Source: Fimbriosthenelais zetlandica
Taxonomy: Eukaryota
DNA length: 64,000 nucleotides
Direction of reading: 5' to 3'
Assembly: GCA_977030845.1 (NCBI GenBank)
Contig: OZ365110.1
Span: 51,770,001 to 51,834,000 of the forward strand
The notes beneath the pieces were generated by a model. The model was not told the DNA's origin, did not search any database, and was given only the letters and a program-made list of their open reading frames with translations. Shown here piece by piece: positions 23,446 to 36,835 of this stretch (position 1 is its first letter; each line of letters begins with the position of its first letter). Both the position numbers and the translations under genes were made by a program.

Positions 23446-24337
23446 GGGAGGTGGCACAAGAGTAAGTATTTACATTTGTCCTCACGTAGAGTTGTAGTAT
23501 TTGATCTTTGTTCAAACACGATAACTTAAATCTTTGTGAGCACATCACTTGTCTTACGTGGACAGGCATTGTCTGCGGAATAATATTACTTTCATCTCAT
23601 TGACTCAAATACTTTCTGTAGTGATCATGGACATGGTTGGGAATGGTGGGTGTGGCTGGGCATGCCCGTCGTTCATTCATTCAATCATTGTCTTGTTTTT
23701 CCCCAGGGCCTATGCTATGCCTATGCTATGGTCATGTGCAATGCCAATGTATGTGTAATTAGAAAACGCCCCGCAGCCCCCAACAAAACTTTTTCCTTTG
23801 AGGTTTTTGATTTGAGCCTGAGCCGAGGGATTGACAGTAATACTGACTAGTGTCAGGTAGATGTTTAATATTTATAATATAAATTCATATACCGGATCCT
23901 GGTAAGGTAACTAATAGTAAATACTAATAGACTAATGTTTATTAGTCTATGCCTATGGATATATTAAATTAATCTGAATCACATAAATTTATAATAATAT
24001 TATTATCATCTATTATTAATTAATGAGTTATTACTTCATCAATCATTCATGATCACGACCCAAGGCCATGCCATGTTATGTTAATTGGTACTTGCTATAA
24101 TATTCCTATAGAATCGGCCCACGTGTACCTCCTAGTTCATTCTACGGTACATTTAGTACGGCACCGTGTATTTAATATTTTTACTTAATCTCCTTGTTTT
24201 GTTCCATTTCTAGGTGAAGCTGCCGGATTGCTAATCATTTTCATCCAAGAGATATCATGCCTCTTTAATCAAGCAACATGCATTGATTAAGTTAAGACAC
24301 CTATAGTTGTTGGAGTCTGACTGATAACACTCCAACC

Positions 24338-26668
24338 ATGGATAGGAAACTTGGTGTATATTACGGCTCCTTTGGCCTATTCAGTGCCGTTTTACACAAT
24401 GTCTTTCTACTCTACCATGTGGAAACTTTTATATCCATCTACAAAATAGACAAGTACTCCTTCTGGATTGGGGAAACAATATTCCTCTTCTGGAACTCAT
24501 TCAATGATCCTTTATTTGGATGGATAAGTGATAAGCAATATTTACTATACGGTGAGGGAGGAATAGGTGTCATCCATAAACGAATTCAAGCTCTTAGCTT
24601 CAATGGACCCCTCTTATGCATTAGTTTTCTTGCCTTCTGGATTTCATGGACTTATCCCCTCTTACAACTTGTCATATGTCTGTGCCTGTACGATGGTTTT
24701 CTAACCATGATTGACCTACATCATTCCTCCCTTCTGGCTGATATAGCTGTATCAGCTGAGACTAGGACAGATCTGAATTATTACTGTTCAATATTTAACT
24801 GTATAGGATCTGTGTCTGTGTTTGTGTCCTATCTTGTTTGGAACAAGAACAATTTGATACATTTTAGAACGTTCTGTTTAATCATCTCCCTGATATCCCT
24901 AGTCGGATTTTACTTTTGTGCCAAAGGACTCCGAGAGCATTTTTCTAACGGAAAAGACTTTGCACGAAGTCCTGCTTTAAAAAAGTAAGTTCATGCTCGA
25001 ATTAAGATAATTAATATATTCATATATTTAATTGAAAACGATATCAGTTTCATCTACATCGGTTCCGCATGACATATTTTAATGCTATCTGATACTTTCG
25101 TTTTCAGGCAGAAATCGATGGTAGAAAAGTACTCTGGATTTGATTTAAAAAAGGAGAAAGCAGCCCTCAAAATCTTTCTGAGGCAGCTCTCACATCACCA
25201 GAATTTTGTCTGGTTTTCAGCAATGAATTTGATACAAGTAAGTTGAGTATTTAACGGGACTTGTTTAAGAAAGAGATAAGAATGCACCGATAAACTAAAG
25301 GGAAACTTATAGAACACTCTGTCTTATCTAACCTATGATCCGGTTACATATATTTCATATTATTTGACCACAATATAAATGAGACTCATTTCCTATTCTA
25401 GGTTTTCCATTGCCATTTCAACAGCAATTTCTTCCCACTTTTTGTGGAGAGTTTACTCGTGGGTTCCATCACACCTGCTACTGCCTCATTCCTCTTAGGT
25501 AGGTCAGACAGAGTCACAAACCTTTGATTGACATTAAGTAGGCTATATGAAATGCTTGATTTTTTATCATGGTGTCTATTTGTCTATTTTCAGGTATATC
25601 CTTCGTGGCACCTCACATTAATAACCTTTATTTTCTGAGCCTGTGTAAGCGGTACTCGTTATACACAGTCATCCGCTGGCTCTTCATAATTAAACTCACT
25701 CTAACCATCATCATGTTCTCGCTGGGACCTGACCATATTTTTATGCTCTGTATCTTCATTGCGAGGTAAATATTTTGTTTTTATAATCCATCTCAAACAT
25801 TCTCTATTGTATGATATGAAAAGTATACAAAGAAATCCATCTCTTTGTGAAAAGAAAGTAATTCTATTTGTGAATTAAATATTTGTTGTTTAATTCATTT
25901 CTTAATTGTATTGTTTAATGTATTTTCCTGCAGTAATCGAGTGTTTACCGAGGGAACATGTAAGCTGCTCAACCTTGTGATAAGTGACCTGGTAGATGAA
26001 GATTATGTCATCCATGGTAGGCATCAGGCTGTTTCTGCCTTACTCTATGGTACTGCAGCATTTGTGGCTAAACCAGGACAAACATTTGCCCCTCTCCTAG
26101 GCTACTGGCTACTCTCAGTTCAAACAGGTAAGTCAACAAAAATGAATGAATTTTTAATAAAAAAGCGCTTTAGAACTTATGGAATATCAACTTGGGTATT
26201 CTTAGTAACTTATTTATAATCGACAATCAAATTTCTTTCTTTTTTCAGTTAGAATTTTTATAGAGCCTGTTATGGGTAAATGCCAGTTCACTCTCTTGAT
26301 TACTCAAGTTTTTCGTATGATTTTCAGGTGGGGGCTCTTTCTATGTGCATTACTACATTGCCTTCTGTGCAATGGATATTTCTAGGTGCATGTGCTCTAG
26401 AACATACATTCTTATACGCCAAAACCTTTTTTCAGGTCATGACGTGTTTGAATCTGGGAACTCGCTGGGGTCACTGAAGATTGACACGGACAGTTTAAAA
26501 TCTAGTGAGATCTCAGCATACCGTGTTGGTGTCTTTCGTCTCCTTATATCTGTACCAATAGTCTGTGCCGTGCTGCAGCTACTGGCCTGGTCCAGGTACA
26601 CATTACGGGGAAAACGATTACTATGGATAAAGGATATGAGAGCAGGATCACAGTATACTTCTGTTTAA
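24338..26668 (+). CDS. MFSD13A: MFS domain-containing protein 13A (TMEM180), 490 aa
   Basis: Exons 24338-24984, 25108-25237, 25402-25498, 25594-25765, 25934-26127, 26436-26668 (1473 nt, in frame). Motifs [82 protein letters not shown] and [23 protein letters not shown]. Confidence 0.95.
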
Positions 26669-26737
26669 TTACCTCAAACATTTACCATAATTAAATTTTT
26701 GTGGGGCCAAAAGTTATATGTTCTCGTCTTTTTGGTG

Positions 26738-26791
26738 AAAACCATACTAATGAAGGTACAAATCAAAACCATACTAATGAAGGTATCAATC
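26738..26791. repeat. 27-bp tandem duplication in the MFSD13A 3'UTR
   Basis: aaaaccatactaatgaaggtacaaatc followed by aaaaccatactaatgaaggtatcaatc. Confidence 0.85.
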
Positions 26792-29700
26792 ACATTTCAT
26801 CTAATCGTATTATATTTAGTAAGAAGCTTTCACACGCTATGAATGGAAGGCTATGCTTAACAATTTGTTTAGCAATTGGGCCCTTTGACTTGTTTGTGCT
26901 TGACCATTTATATATAAATATCAAGCTGATAATTTGTACAATACATGTACCAGGTAAATATATTTAAATTTTAAAACATCATGTTATGTGCAGTGTATAT
27001 GATGTTAGATCCATAGTACGGATTATTGTATAATTCATAAAACTTATAATTAGAGTGGACCAATTAACTGTTGCCAAAATTAACGTGTTCGGGAGAACTA
27101 GGTAAGATTCTAAAAGTGGAATCTGACCAAAACCTTTCCTGCGTATATCTACCAAAACTAATCAATGAGAACCAAAATACTATCGGTACCTGTGCTGGTG
27201 CCCTACCAGTTTTAAACAGGTGCACTGTCCCCACACTCATTCTCTTTTATACCAAAGTACTGCCCGCTTTGTTTATTGTGTGTCAACTATATGAATGAAC
27301 ATCGATTATTTCATTTGTATATTTCCAGAGGGAAATGCTACATTAACCATGACAATATTTTAATTATAGTTGTATTTATATATAGCCCATTATGCATATT
27401 ATTTTAATTTGACTATTTTTTATGTAAATGATAAGAAAAATGGAGTACCGGTAGTTCGGCCTCGTGCCGAAGTCAGTCAGGCGTTGAAGGTATATATACG
27501 GAATTTTTATGCAGCTATCGCTAACTTAATATTCACACTCTGATAACACAATGTGCTTAAATAAATACGTTTGTAAGTTATCATTCGAACACAAAATCAC
27601 AAAATTTGTTAAATGTAAAATGATTGTAATTGAAATAGTTCACTTATATATCACCAGGTGGCATGGTAAATCTTTCATGTTGAATTGTGAAACTGGCAGG
27701 ATGAATGTTAGATTAAAGATCCTCCTCAAATGTTAACAATATCTATAATATATTTAATAAGATTAATATGACGCCCTGGTGGCGTTTTAATACAGACTTA
27801 ACAGATTTGAAGTAAAAATATTAATATATTGTATGTTGATGCTGTGATAATTAATTCATACATATGTCACCTTTTATTGATTTAATTTCGTCTGGGATGA
27901 TTTTTTACAAAAAGTGGTGCAAATGAGGTGTTTCACATCACAACTGGTCCTCGTGAAGAATTTGTGGAAAAAAGTGCATGTTGTCAAATAGGGTGTCATC
28001 AGTAAGGACTCAGTGTGCAATACTAAGTTGTGAAATTATCTTCTTTTATTTAGTCATTTTCTTTATTTTTATGTTTTCCTCTCCGTTCTCAGTGGATTCA
28101 TATCCATGAATATAGGTGTCTGCACCAAAACTGATAACTTGAATTGTGTTTGTCTCATATTGCACTGGGAATTAAGGGGAGCTGGTAAGCCAGTACTACA
28201 GCATGAGCGCGAACTGTTTGCTCCTTGGTTAGTCGCATATAATATTCACGGGTAATCCCAGTAGTATAACCAAATGATCATTTGCAGCTGGGTCTAAATT
28301 CTGTGTTTACATTCGGATTATAAAAGATACAGAAAAAGTGGAGGTATGTTTTGTATTGTGACAATGACCTGTACAATCTGTGGAACTTTCCCATTAGGAA
28401 AAAACATACGTTGACAAAAATTGGATGTGTCAGTTATTTGCCTGATGTGACAATATGGTAGATTAGTGAATGCTTTATAGAGTAGAGTGAATGCGGGACA
28501 GGTCCAGCCTGGGCTGGTAAAGTTAATGACTGGAATTACGATGGTCTGTGATGAATGCCAGATGAGGTAGAGACACTAGAGCAGCCATTAGTACTGTCCT
28601 GTCTGTTTTACCTCACCAAGCCTGGTGTAGAATGTTTTATCTCTTCTATACTCACCATGCAGCCTTTAACAGCTGTGGAAGATGTAGCAGAGATGAACAC
28701 ACTTTGGGGCTATTTTTTATGCGGTTTCTTATATAGTTGTATCTAAGAAATCATGCAAGCTTCTCGATGCTATCTGGGTAAGATATAGACAAAGTGGCTG
28801 ATAGATATTGAAAGAGTAGACCGAATTTACTATGTTAATCTAATGTTTCGTTCGCATGTGAAAATTTCATTAATTCCTAAAAAAAAGAATTGGACATTTA
28901 TAGTTTCAAGGAGCATTCCCCCATCACCTCCAATCAAGGTCTTAGCCATCTTTTTATCTTTGGGTTATTTGGAACAGAATAATTCTTCTATATAGGCCTA
29001 AAATAATAATGGGTCCAAGGTAGCTTCATCATGTGAGATCTACAGACATGTGTACATGTTTCAACTCCGCATGAGTTGTATCATGCACTCAGAATAGCGC
29101 CAGCCTTTCAGTCAAAAGCTTTCTCGGTGAATTGATAATGAAATACATCTTAAATATTGGATGACAGATACGTCTTTTATAGAGGCCTTGCACATCCCAA
29201 CGTTTCGTGCATGCAACCCAGGGGGTGCACGGGCATTCCGAAGCAAAGCGGGTAGCTCTTCCGACTTTGGTTTTAAGTGCCAGGCCCGGGGCAGGCAATT
29301 CACCTCCACCTTAACTTCTAGGTTTATATTCTACTTTAGGGACACTTTTTGATGCATACAGCTGAAAATTCCTTGACTCAAAATATAAATAAGTAGGATG
29401 TGTGTAAGCAAACGAGGTACCCTATACCATGTACATGTACCTTCCAAACTGAAATTTAATGGAGCGAAATATAACAGCTGTTTTACTCTTTAATATTCTA
29501 TCAATTGTGATCGAGAGACATCAGCTGTGTGTATGATTGATTCAAACTGCAGAGCAAAGTCTCCAGGTCAATGAAATATTCGATAATGCCAAACATTTCG
29601 AGTTTGCACTGTCGTTGCTAGCCAAGTGCTTTATAGGAAAGCGATTACGAATAACAGGTCAATGCGAGGCCCCTATGTAAGGCAAGATTCTGTTCTTCAT

Positions 29701-32479
29701 AACTTGAGGCAATTTTACAATTTTGAAAAGGATATTCAACATAAATTAAAAATTGAATACCAAAGGAAAAGAAATCTATCATAAGTATATAAATAAGTTA
29801 CATGATTCTATTGTAACTTGACCAGTCTAAAACAATTGGCTCAGTTCCCAGCTGCGTTTGTGATTTGAATCATGTTACCCCTATATCCAAAAATACATAT
29901 AATTTCTGGGGGAACTTTGTTGTTCTAATATCAGTAGAACTAATCACCTTAGGGCATGGAATGGCTCAGCAAGCACAGTGTTCTGCTTCTCATAGACAAT
30001 CTATGGGAGTAGATCACCTGTTGGCTTGATTCCCGAGCTGCTCGCACGCCATACTCACAGTGGTGGATGGTTGTATTGCTGGTGATGCATTGGGCGAGTG
30101 ACTCATACCACAGTAGGTTTTTTTAATCCCATGTTCAGGTAAAAGTCCAATAAATGTAATAATAGATTCTGCTGCTGCTCTCTGAAATGAATGATGCGTT
30201 TTATATTGTTTATCGTTCATGTTTCTTTGTCTGCAGCATGCAAGGGCAATTAGTAAGTCATATAGTTGCAAATAACAATCCTTAGATCTTGAGAAATTGC
30301 TGATTGGCCAATAGATAATGAATGAGCAATTGCAAGAGGCAATGCGCAATTTTCAACGCCTTTACTTTGTTCCGTCAGTCCTGCCTTTACTTTGAAAAAC
30401 CAATAAATATCCTGCCCCTTTAAACATGATGGAACAGCTCGGACTGGTCTAGCACTGGTTCAGAAACAAGTGGTCCAATCAATGAGTAGAAGGAGCTTGG
30501 TATGCCGCAGTTACTTAAAGAGACACATTCCTTATAGCCTTTGGCAATGGAAGGATGGCTTTGCCAACCAGTCCACTGTGTGAGAATAGAGTAAAACCTA
30601 CACACGAAATCTTTTCTCTCTTTGCATAAATCTTTTTGTCATTTGTTTGGTAGCTGAGACTGACGATTGATTTCCTGACGGGATAAGGCAGTTGTAGCAA
30701 GGGAATTGATAATGCAGTTGCCTCATATAAATGTGTAGATAGCTCTGATATGGGTTAATCCTATATCTGAGAGTGATGTGTGCTTATATAGAGAAAAAGC
30801 GATTGATATATTTCTTCAGACGAAAAACTATTCATGATGGATTTACCAAAATAAATGCATGTATAAACGATCAGAAAGATATAAATCTATCAGTCTCGCT
30901 GTATAATTCTGGCCTTTTTTCCTTCCACATGGATGTCCTTTGCTTTTAACTCCCATCACAAAAGGCTGACTGGCAGACTTAGTTATACACTAGACCATTT
31001 AGCTTGGGTCAGTCGAATATTCCACGGGCTATCTTTGTAACCAGCAATGGCCCTCTGAGCTGCTGCCAATGTCCCTATCAGTAGTTCCCCCTTCTCCTCC
31101 TCCAGCTAGGATTAGTGGTAAGCAAAACCAGCCTGTTGGTAGTCAGAACCAGGGCTTCAGAGGGGCCCGGAATGCCCTCAGGCAAAAATACCTCAGCCAA
31201 TATAGTACACTTACAGAGAAAACCAATTATCACCGTAAGAGCATTTTTTGTGGGTTATTTTAATATCAATGGAAGCAGGAAGTGACTGAAATAGAGAAGT
31301 CACTACCGCATCTACCCCTGTTATGCCATATACATGTATAATCTTTTATGAGTGTGAGTAGTATATGGATAGGCAGGCCAGATGGGGGCTATCTAGCTTG
31401 GTCATCTCAAATGGGTCCCTTGGAGGTTGGGCAGTTAGGACACGTAACCGATAGTGTTAATTAAACCATACGGACGACATGGCTTCTAAAACCATGACAA
31501 TGTTCATACAGTTTGACAAGGACTCGGGGGTGAAGCTCTTAGATTGACAAAAAACATCTCAGTGACAGGTTTAAGCTTGAGGAGTGAAATCAATGTGGGG
31601 AAGCCCCGGCTTGGATACCACATATACACGCCATTTGCATGCGGGGCCACTGCTGCATATCAGTCTCCCCTCCCTCCTCTTCGGAAAACGCGCAGCATCA
31701 GCATCAGAAGCTGGCGCCATCAGCATCCTCCTCCAAAAGAGAGGAGAGGGAGAAGAGGAGGAGGAGTAGAGGGAGGGAGAACGTACGGTCGTGCCAGGGT
31801 GGCCACTCTTACTAGTCTCAACTACTGCTGCTGCGGATCCTTCCCACATTGCTTCGATCATACCATATACTCTGAGGCTAGCAGTGGCCCACAACTCGCA
31901 TATATAAATGATCCAGTGTGCAGCGTGCATTATTTTAAGGCTGCCTGGCAGTGCTGCTGGTACAACCACCAATACAACCCTACCACCCGTCTGGCCAACC
32001 CAACAATCGTCCTACATGGAAGCATTTCAGGGCCAGGACAGTACACGCAACAACTGTGATAGTCAACTGGACATAATATGCAGCAGTCGGTAGAATTATT
32101 GTGGGTGTACTCCGGCTCATCCGGGGGTGGTTGAAGATATTATATAAACGGATCTTCGAGAAAAGGGTGGAAGAGGAGGAAGAAAGAGGAGGAGGGAGGA
32201 GTGTGGGAGGAGGAGGAGCAGGCAAGATAAAAAGAAAGACAGCTGAATCCATATATTTGGATGGCAGTTCAGTTCCTATCACATAGTCTCTGGTGTATCT
32301 GTTAAAATTGGAAGATACTACCCTGACATGAATACCTTGACAATGTAAATCGACACAGAAGTAACATTGAAACATTGAGAGAAACGTTGGGATGTAAGCT
32401 ATAAAAACGTTGGAATATCTCTACTAGCCCCACTGAGCCGTCCAAAGCCCAAGAGAGTAGATATGTGGCTTAGCAATTC

Positions 32480-33900
32480 CCTCCCATCCGAGGACGCTGA
32501 GAGAGTCTAGCACTTGCAAATATTGATAGAGGGAAAGGGCATTTCGCCGGTGGTGTGTTCATACGAGTATCACTTACAAAACCTGGAAAGGGTTTGTTCA
32601 GTCCACTGAGACAATAGGTTCCTCAAAGAATAGTAAAGCAACGAACAAACTCATTGTAACAGTAAGAAGATATCGGTACCCAAACGGATAATTTGCTTTG
32701 TGCCTTACATTTTGCTGAGAAAACAGCATCATCGAACTATTTCTGAAGTGGGTTAATTTTCACAGAAAGGTAGTTTCTTCCACCCTGAAAATAAGTTGGC
32801 AAGAACCATACGGTTGTCTCATTTTTCTTCCTTCCTCTTGTCGATGTCTAACTTTGAGATATATTTTCTTGTGACTGTACTAGATGGAGTAGGCCTACTA
32901 CTCAATCCACTCTTAACCAAGTGTGTATCGATGGTAACCACAGAATTATTTCCTTCTGAAGCAGAGAACATCATGTGACCTGGACTCTTAAGTGACCACG
33001 TGTTGAAGTCACATGTCAAGGATATAAGCAACGAAGAGTATCTCCTCAGATGCTGGTTGTCAAGGGCAAGGGAAGCGTTAGTTGTCAAGGGCTCTAACGA
33101 CAAAACTACATCCGGTTCCTCATCACTGATCCCAGTTCTTCCATCTACTATCTCTCCTTTTCTATTCTCTCGACACTTCTGGTCTCTTCATCGTGGTCAA
33201 AGTGTCATTGTTAATTCTGATTTTTGCGTTGCATATACCTCGGCTTTGTATTGGTCAAGCACCTCGCTCTACTTCTGATTACGTTTGATTGATTGGTTTG
33301 ATTGATTGATTGATCATCATGTCGGCCGATCAGCGACAGCAGCCAAGTGGCGGCCCGATGAAAAAAACTGGAGAAGTAAGTGAACTCCAATTATTATTGT
33401 CAATAATCTGTCTGTATATAAAGAAGAGAAAACATATCTCGAGGTGAATAGTTGGTGGTCTTCGATTGGCTAATATTATTTTAAATGAAATATCTACTAC
33501 TGTCTTCATCCCTTTTAGCTGTGTCCAATGCGAACATTTTTTCATACAAGTTATCAAGATTCTTGCAGCTTTTTCATGAAAAGTATAAGAGTAAGGGTAA
33601 CTTTATGATCCTTGATAGCTTATTCAATACCACCGCTAGGTACCATGCCTTCACCAATTGGATTATCCGAAAGTTACCCAGAATAAAATCCATTAGTAAA
33701 TTGACCTAAGCCCAGTGGCAGATAATATCTTTTCTGACTTCTCACCTCAGGTGATCATAGAGGTGATCGTGTACTTTATAGTCTGTGGGAAGGGGAGGGG
33801 GTGATGTATTGCCTTGCCCTGGTAACGTAAAGGCGGGATCCAATTGTTACCCAAAGGCATACAGAACATGGATATCATGATATATTCATCGGAGCCTAAA
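32480..33900 (+). mobile_element. Possible heavily decayed retroelement RT/RNase H remnant (DIRS-like?)
   Basis: Only fragmentary, frameshifted resemblances seen by eye: GLFSPL..VP(K)N, a decayed YLDD-like stretch near 32865, SWWSS near 33450, VIVYF..GKGG near 33770 and PGNVKAG near 33820. No intact ORF. Confidence 0.2.
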
Positions 33901-34389
33901 GCTGTCATTGTCTGTAGCACAACCCTCTGAACTGGTAAAACTGTTTCCATTCACTATAGGAAATGCCATTCTTGGAGAACTATTATCCTTTACAAATATT
34001 AGTGCAATTCAAAATGAACAGTTTTCAATACAGCTTTCTTTTTACAGGATGGCACAATATTTCGCTAGTCAACATTACCAACCTTTAAAAAAAATGCATG
34101 GAATTTCCGAACCAATTCCATCTGATATCAGAAAAGATACAAAATTGATTGCCACCATATTCGGCCTGTGAACAACCCTGCAGCAACTGTAGATACTTGT
34201 ATTTATTTGATCAATTCAATGAGTTCAAGTAGAATCAAAGAATAGGCAATCAGGGTCATGGAACGTAAAAAGAAATCCCACAGAGACAGTCAGAGAGTAG
34301 GTCAAGAACTGCCTGACCTGGGTCATGCACCCACTCTTTAGATCTTGGTGAAGAGCTAGCACTCAGTTCATTAGCTCTTAATTATTCCC

Positions 34390-36060
34390 CTCTTTTTCAA
34401 GACCACCTCTGACAGATTCAAGACTGGATCAAACATCTTGCTCAATAAATGAATTTGTCAGTTTCAGTTTAATCCTACATTGCCTATAATTGTGGTTGAA
34501 GCTGAGCTATTAATAGGGAAACGAAGGTCAAAATCTTGTGAGCGTACAGCCATGTTCAATTGCAGCTCGCAAGGTTTGCTTCTATAGTTCGATTCTTAAA
34601 GGGGTGCCATTCAAATAATCGTGGATTCTAGCACTATCGATGGACCATTTTTCTGCTCAACAATGGTAATAGTATATACTGGAAATGGTATGTACTATGC
34701 CATATTATTATTGTGAATGAACCTCCAAAAGCTCATGATGAAAGTCCTATATCCTGAATACAGAGTGAAGGCACTTGTTACGGGAGATCAATCTCTGAGA
34801 GTAAGAATTGGCGAGGCAGTTCTGACATCTGTGCCATGCTCCTGACACTGTGCTCACTTAGATCTTGCTAATCGCCTAACGAGCTGTTATAACTGGCTCT
34901 TAATTATCCTCCCTCATGCACTGCCTCTGTCCTGGCTATCAGGCTCGCATCAGGTTTTATTCTATTGCTGTCCAGCTTGTAGTGTGGGCCTATGTGTAAA
35001 TAGCTCATTTCAGGAACATATTTAGACCAATATCCACGATATTCTAGTAGGTTTGGTGGCCCGAATAAAGATTGTTTCACGCCTGTAACCTGAAAGAATA
35101 CATTCATATCACAGCTAGGGAACATATGTGATACTTTCCAGTGAGTCACAATTGCAACCAAATCTAAAGTCTCTTATATACTGGTCCATATAATGTGATT
35201 TCTTGCGAGAACTGTCTTATTTGTATTAAAGCTTGCTTGAATCAATTGGAAATTTCATTTTAAAAATAACAATGTGCTCGGGATATAGACATAGGCCTAA
35301 ATGTAGGTCTAATTCCCCAGTTGTATAGCACATTCATAGGGGAAATTGTGTTGATGCTGCTTGGAGTCGGCACAAATTTTATGCATGGCTTATGCTGAAC
35401 ACACATAGGATGCTTCAAATAACTTATTCATCATGTTATCTGATCAGCAATCCCGTACTGAACAATAAAATAGGTGAATGGATTGTAAGGAGTTCATTCA
35501 GGTCCGAAATATACAGCATTTTAACGAGCAATTGCAGAGCCTCCACATGGGCATGCAGGAATGCATATGATATGGATTAAATTGATAAACCTCGTCGAGT
35601 TCAATCTGTCTGCGACAAATAGATGAGTTTGTGCCAATACAGATAGTTTCACCAGACACAAAATTCTTTCCTCTTACCATGGCACGTTTGATCTATAACA
35701 TAATACAGGAAATTCGCTGGAGCCTGCCACACCATGGGGTGTGCATGCACATGGCTAAAGAATAGTAGACAGGACGATGAGGTAAAGACCGTGAATAATT
35801 GACTGAAACCTCGGTGGCACAAAACAGCAGCTTCTGTACATATTGCTAGTCGTATCGATATTCTGGCTGCAAAGGCATCAAATGGAAATGGCAGGGCTGC
35901 GAGGCAGGGGTGTGGGTGGGAGGGGACATATAGTGATATAAAACGGACGGGAGGGTCAGACATCAAGTAGCAAAAAGGCACCAGGCCAAACAATGTTCCA
36001 GTTTCTTGTAACGGTTGAACAAAATCATCTGACAAGTACATCTACAATATTTTTAAGGAT
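34390..36060 (+). mobile_element. Decayed non-LTR retrotransposon (L2/Rex-Babar/CR1-like) endonuclease to RT-start fragment
   Basis: Motif remnants in the expected order, with stops and frameshifts: RPPL (34400), GAIQIIV (about 34600), IIIVNEPP, LVTGD (34774), VPIQIVSP (about 35630) and KAPG..NVPV (35975). Confidence 0.35.
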
Positions 36061-36835
36061 AAATACATTTTAAAAGCTTTCATAACATTTGCTATATATG
36101 CCTCTTTGCTCAGAAAGGCAAGTCATCCCTTTAGACAATAGGCCAATAGACAAATAGGGAACGTCAGCTGAACTTTCCCTATAGGCTATAGTGAATGCAA
36201 TAACCTTGCAGGCAATGTCTTTTGATATATGTTTTCGCATATATGGCCTGGCCACTGTGAAGGGCCATACACAGATATAACTAATAAAACACGATGGCTG
36301 GCACCTGTCTCCTTGTGTCACCCTGGTTACTACGATGCTGCCTCTCCTCCTTGTCAGGGCTCTCAAATCCTCCACAATGGTCATTTTTTATGAGTGCCAA
36401 CTTATCCTGAAGGTCTTGACCATATGGCTCCTAGGCTCTTAAATATTAGCATTATCATATATTTTTAGAATTCTTTTAATATAGGTCTATATTATCCAGT
36501 ATATGTTCCTGGATGCATGCACCATTTTCTGTAGGAACCTAAGTGCAGCTTAATTAGTACCAGCATAGCTGGTGATTAAAATTGTTTATCACAAGCATTT
36601 ACATCAAGTCGCGACTATAATTTTCTAGGACATGGGAACAGGTGTACATTGTCATAACATATTAATAATTTAAAATTTAATTCTTAGTTCCAGGCATGAA
36701 TACTGCGCATGACAATACGATGCATGTTATATAGAGAGAATAGATTATTTAGATATAGAATATTATAGTATAGTATACAGTAAGCATAATTTTATGTCAG
36801 TTTCAAACATGTGTTCTGTATTGCAGGTCTTCCAG

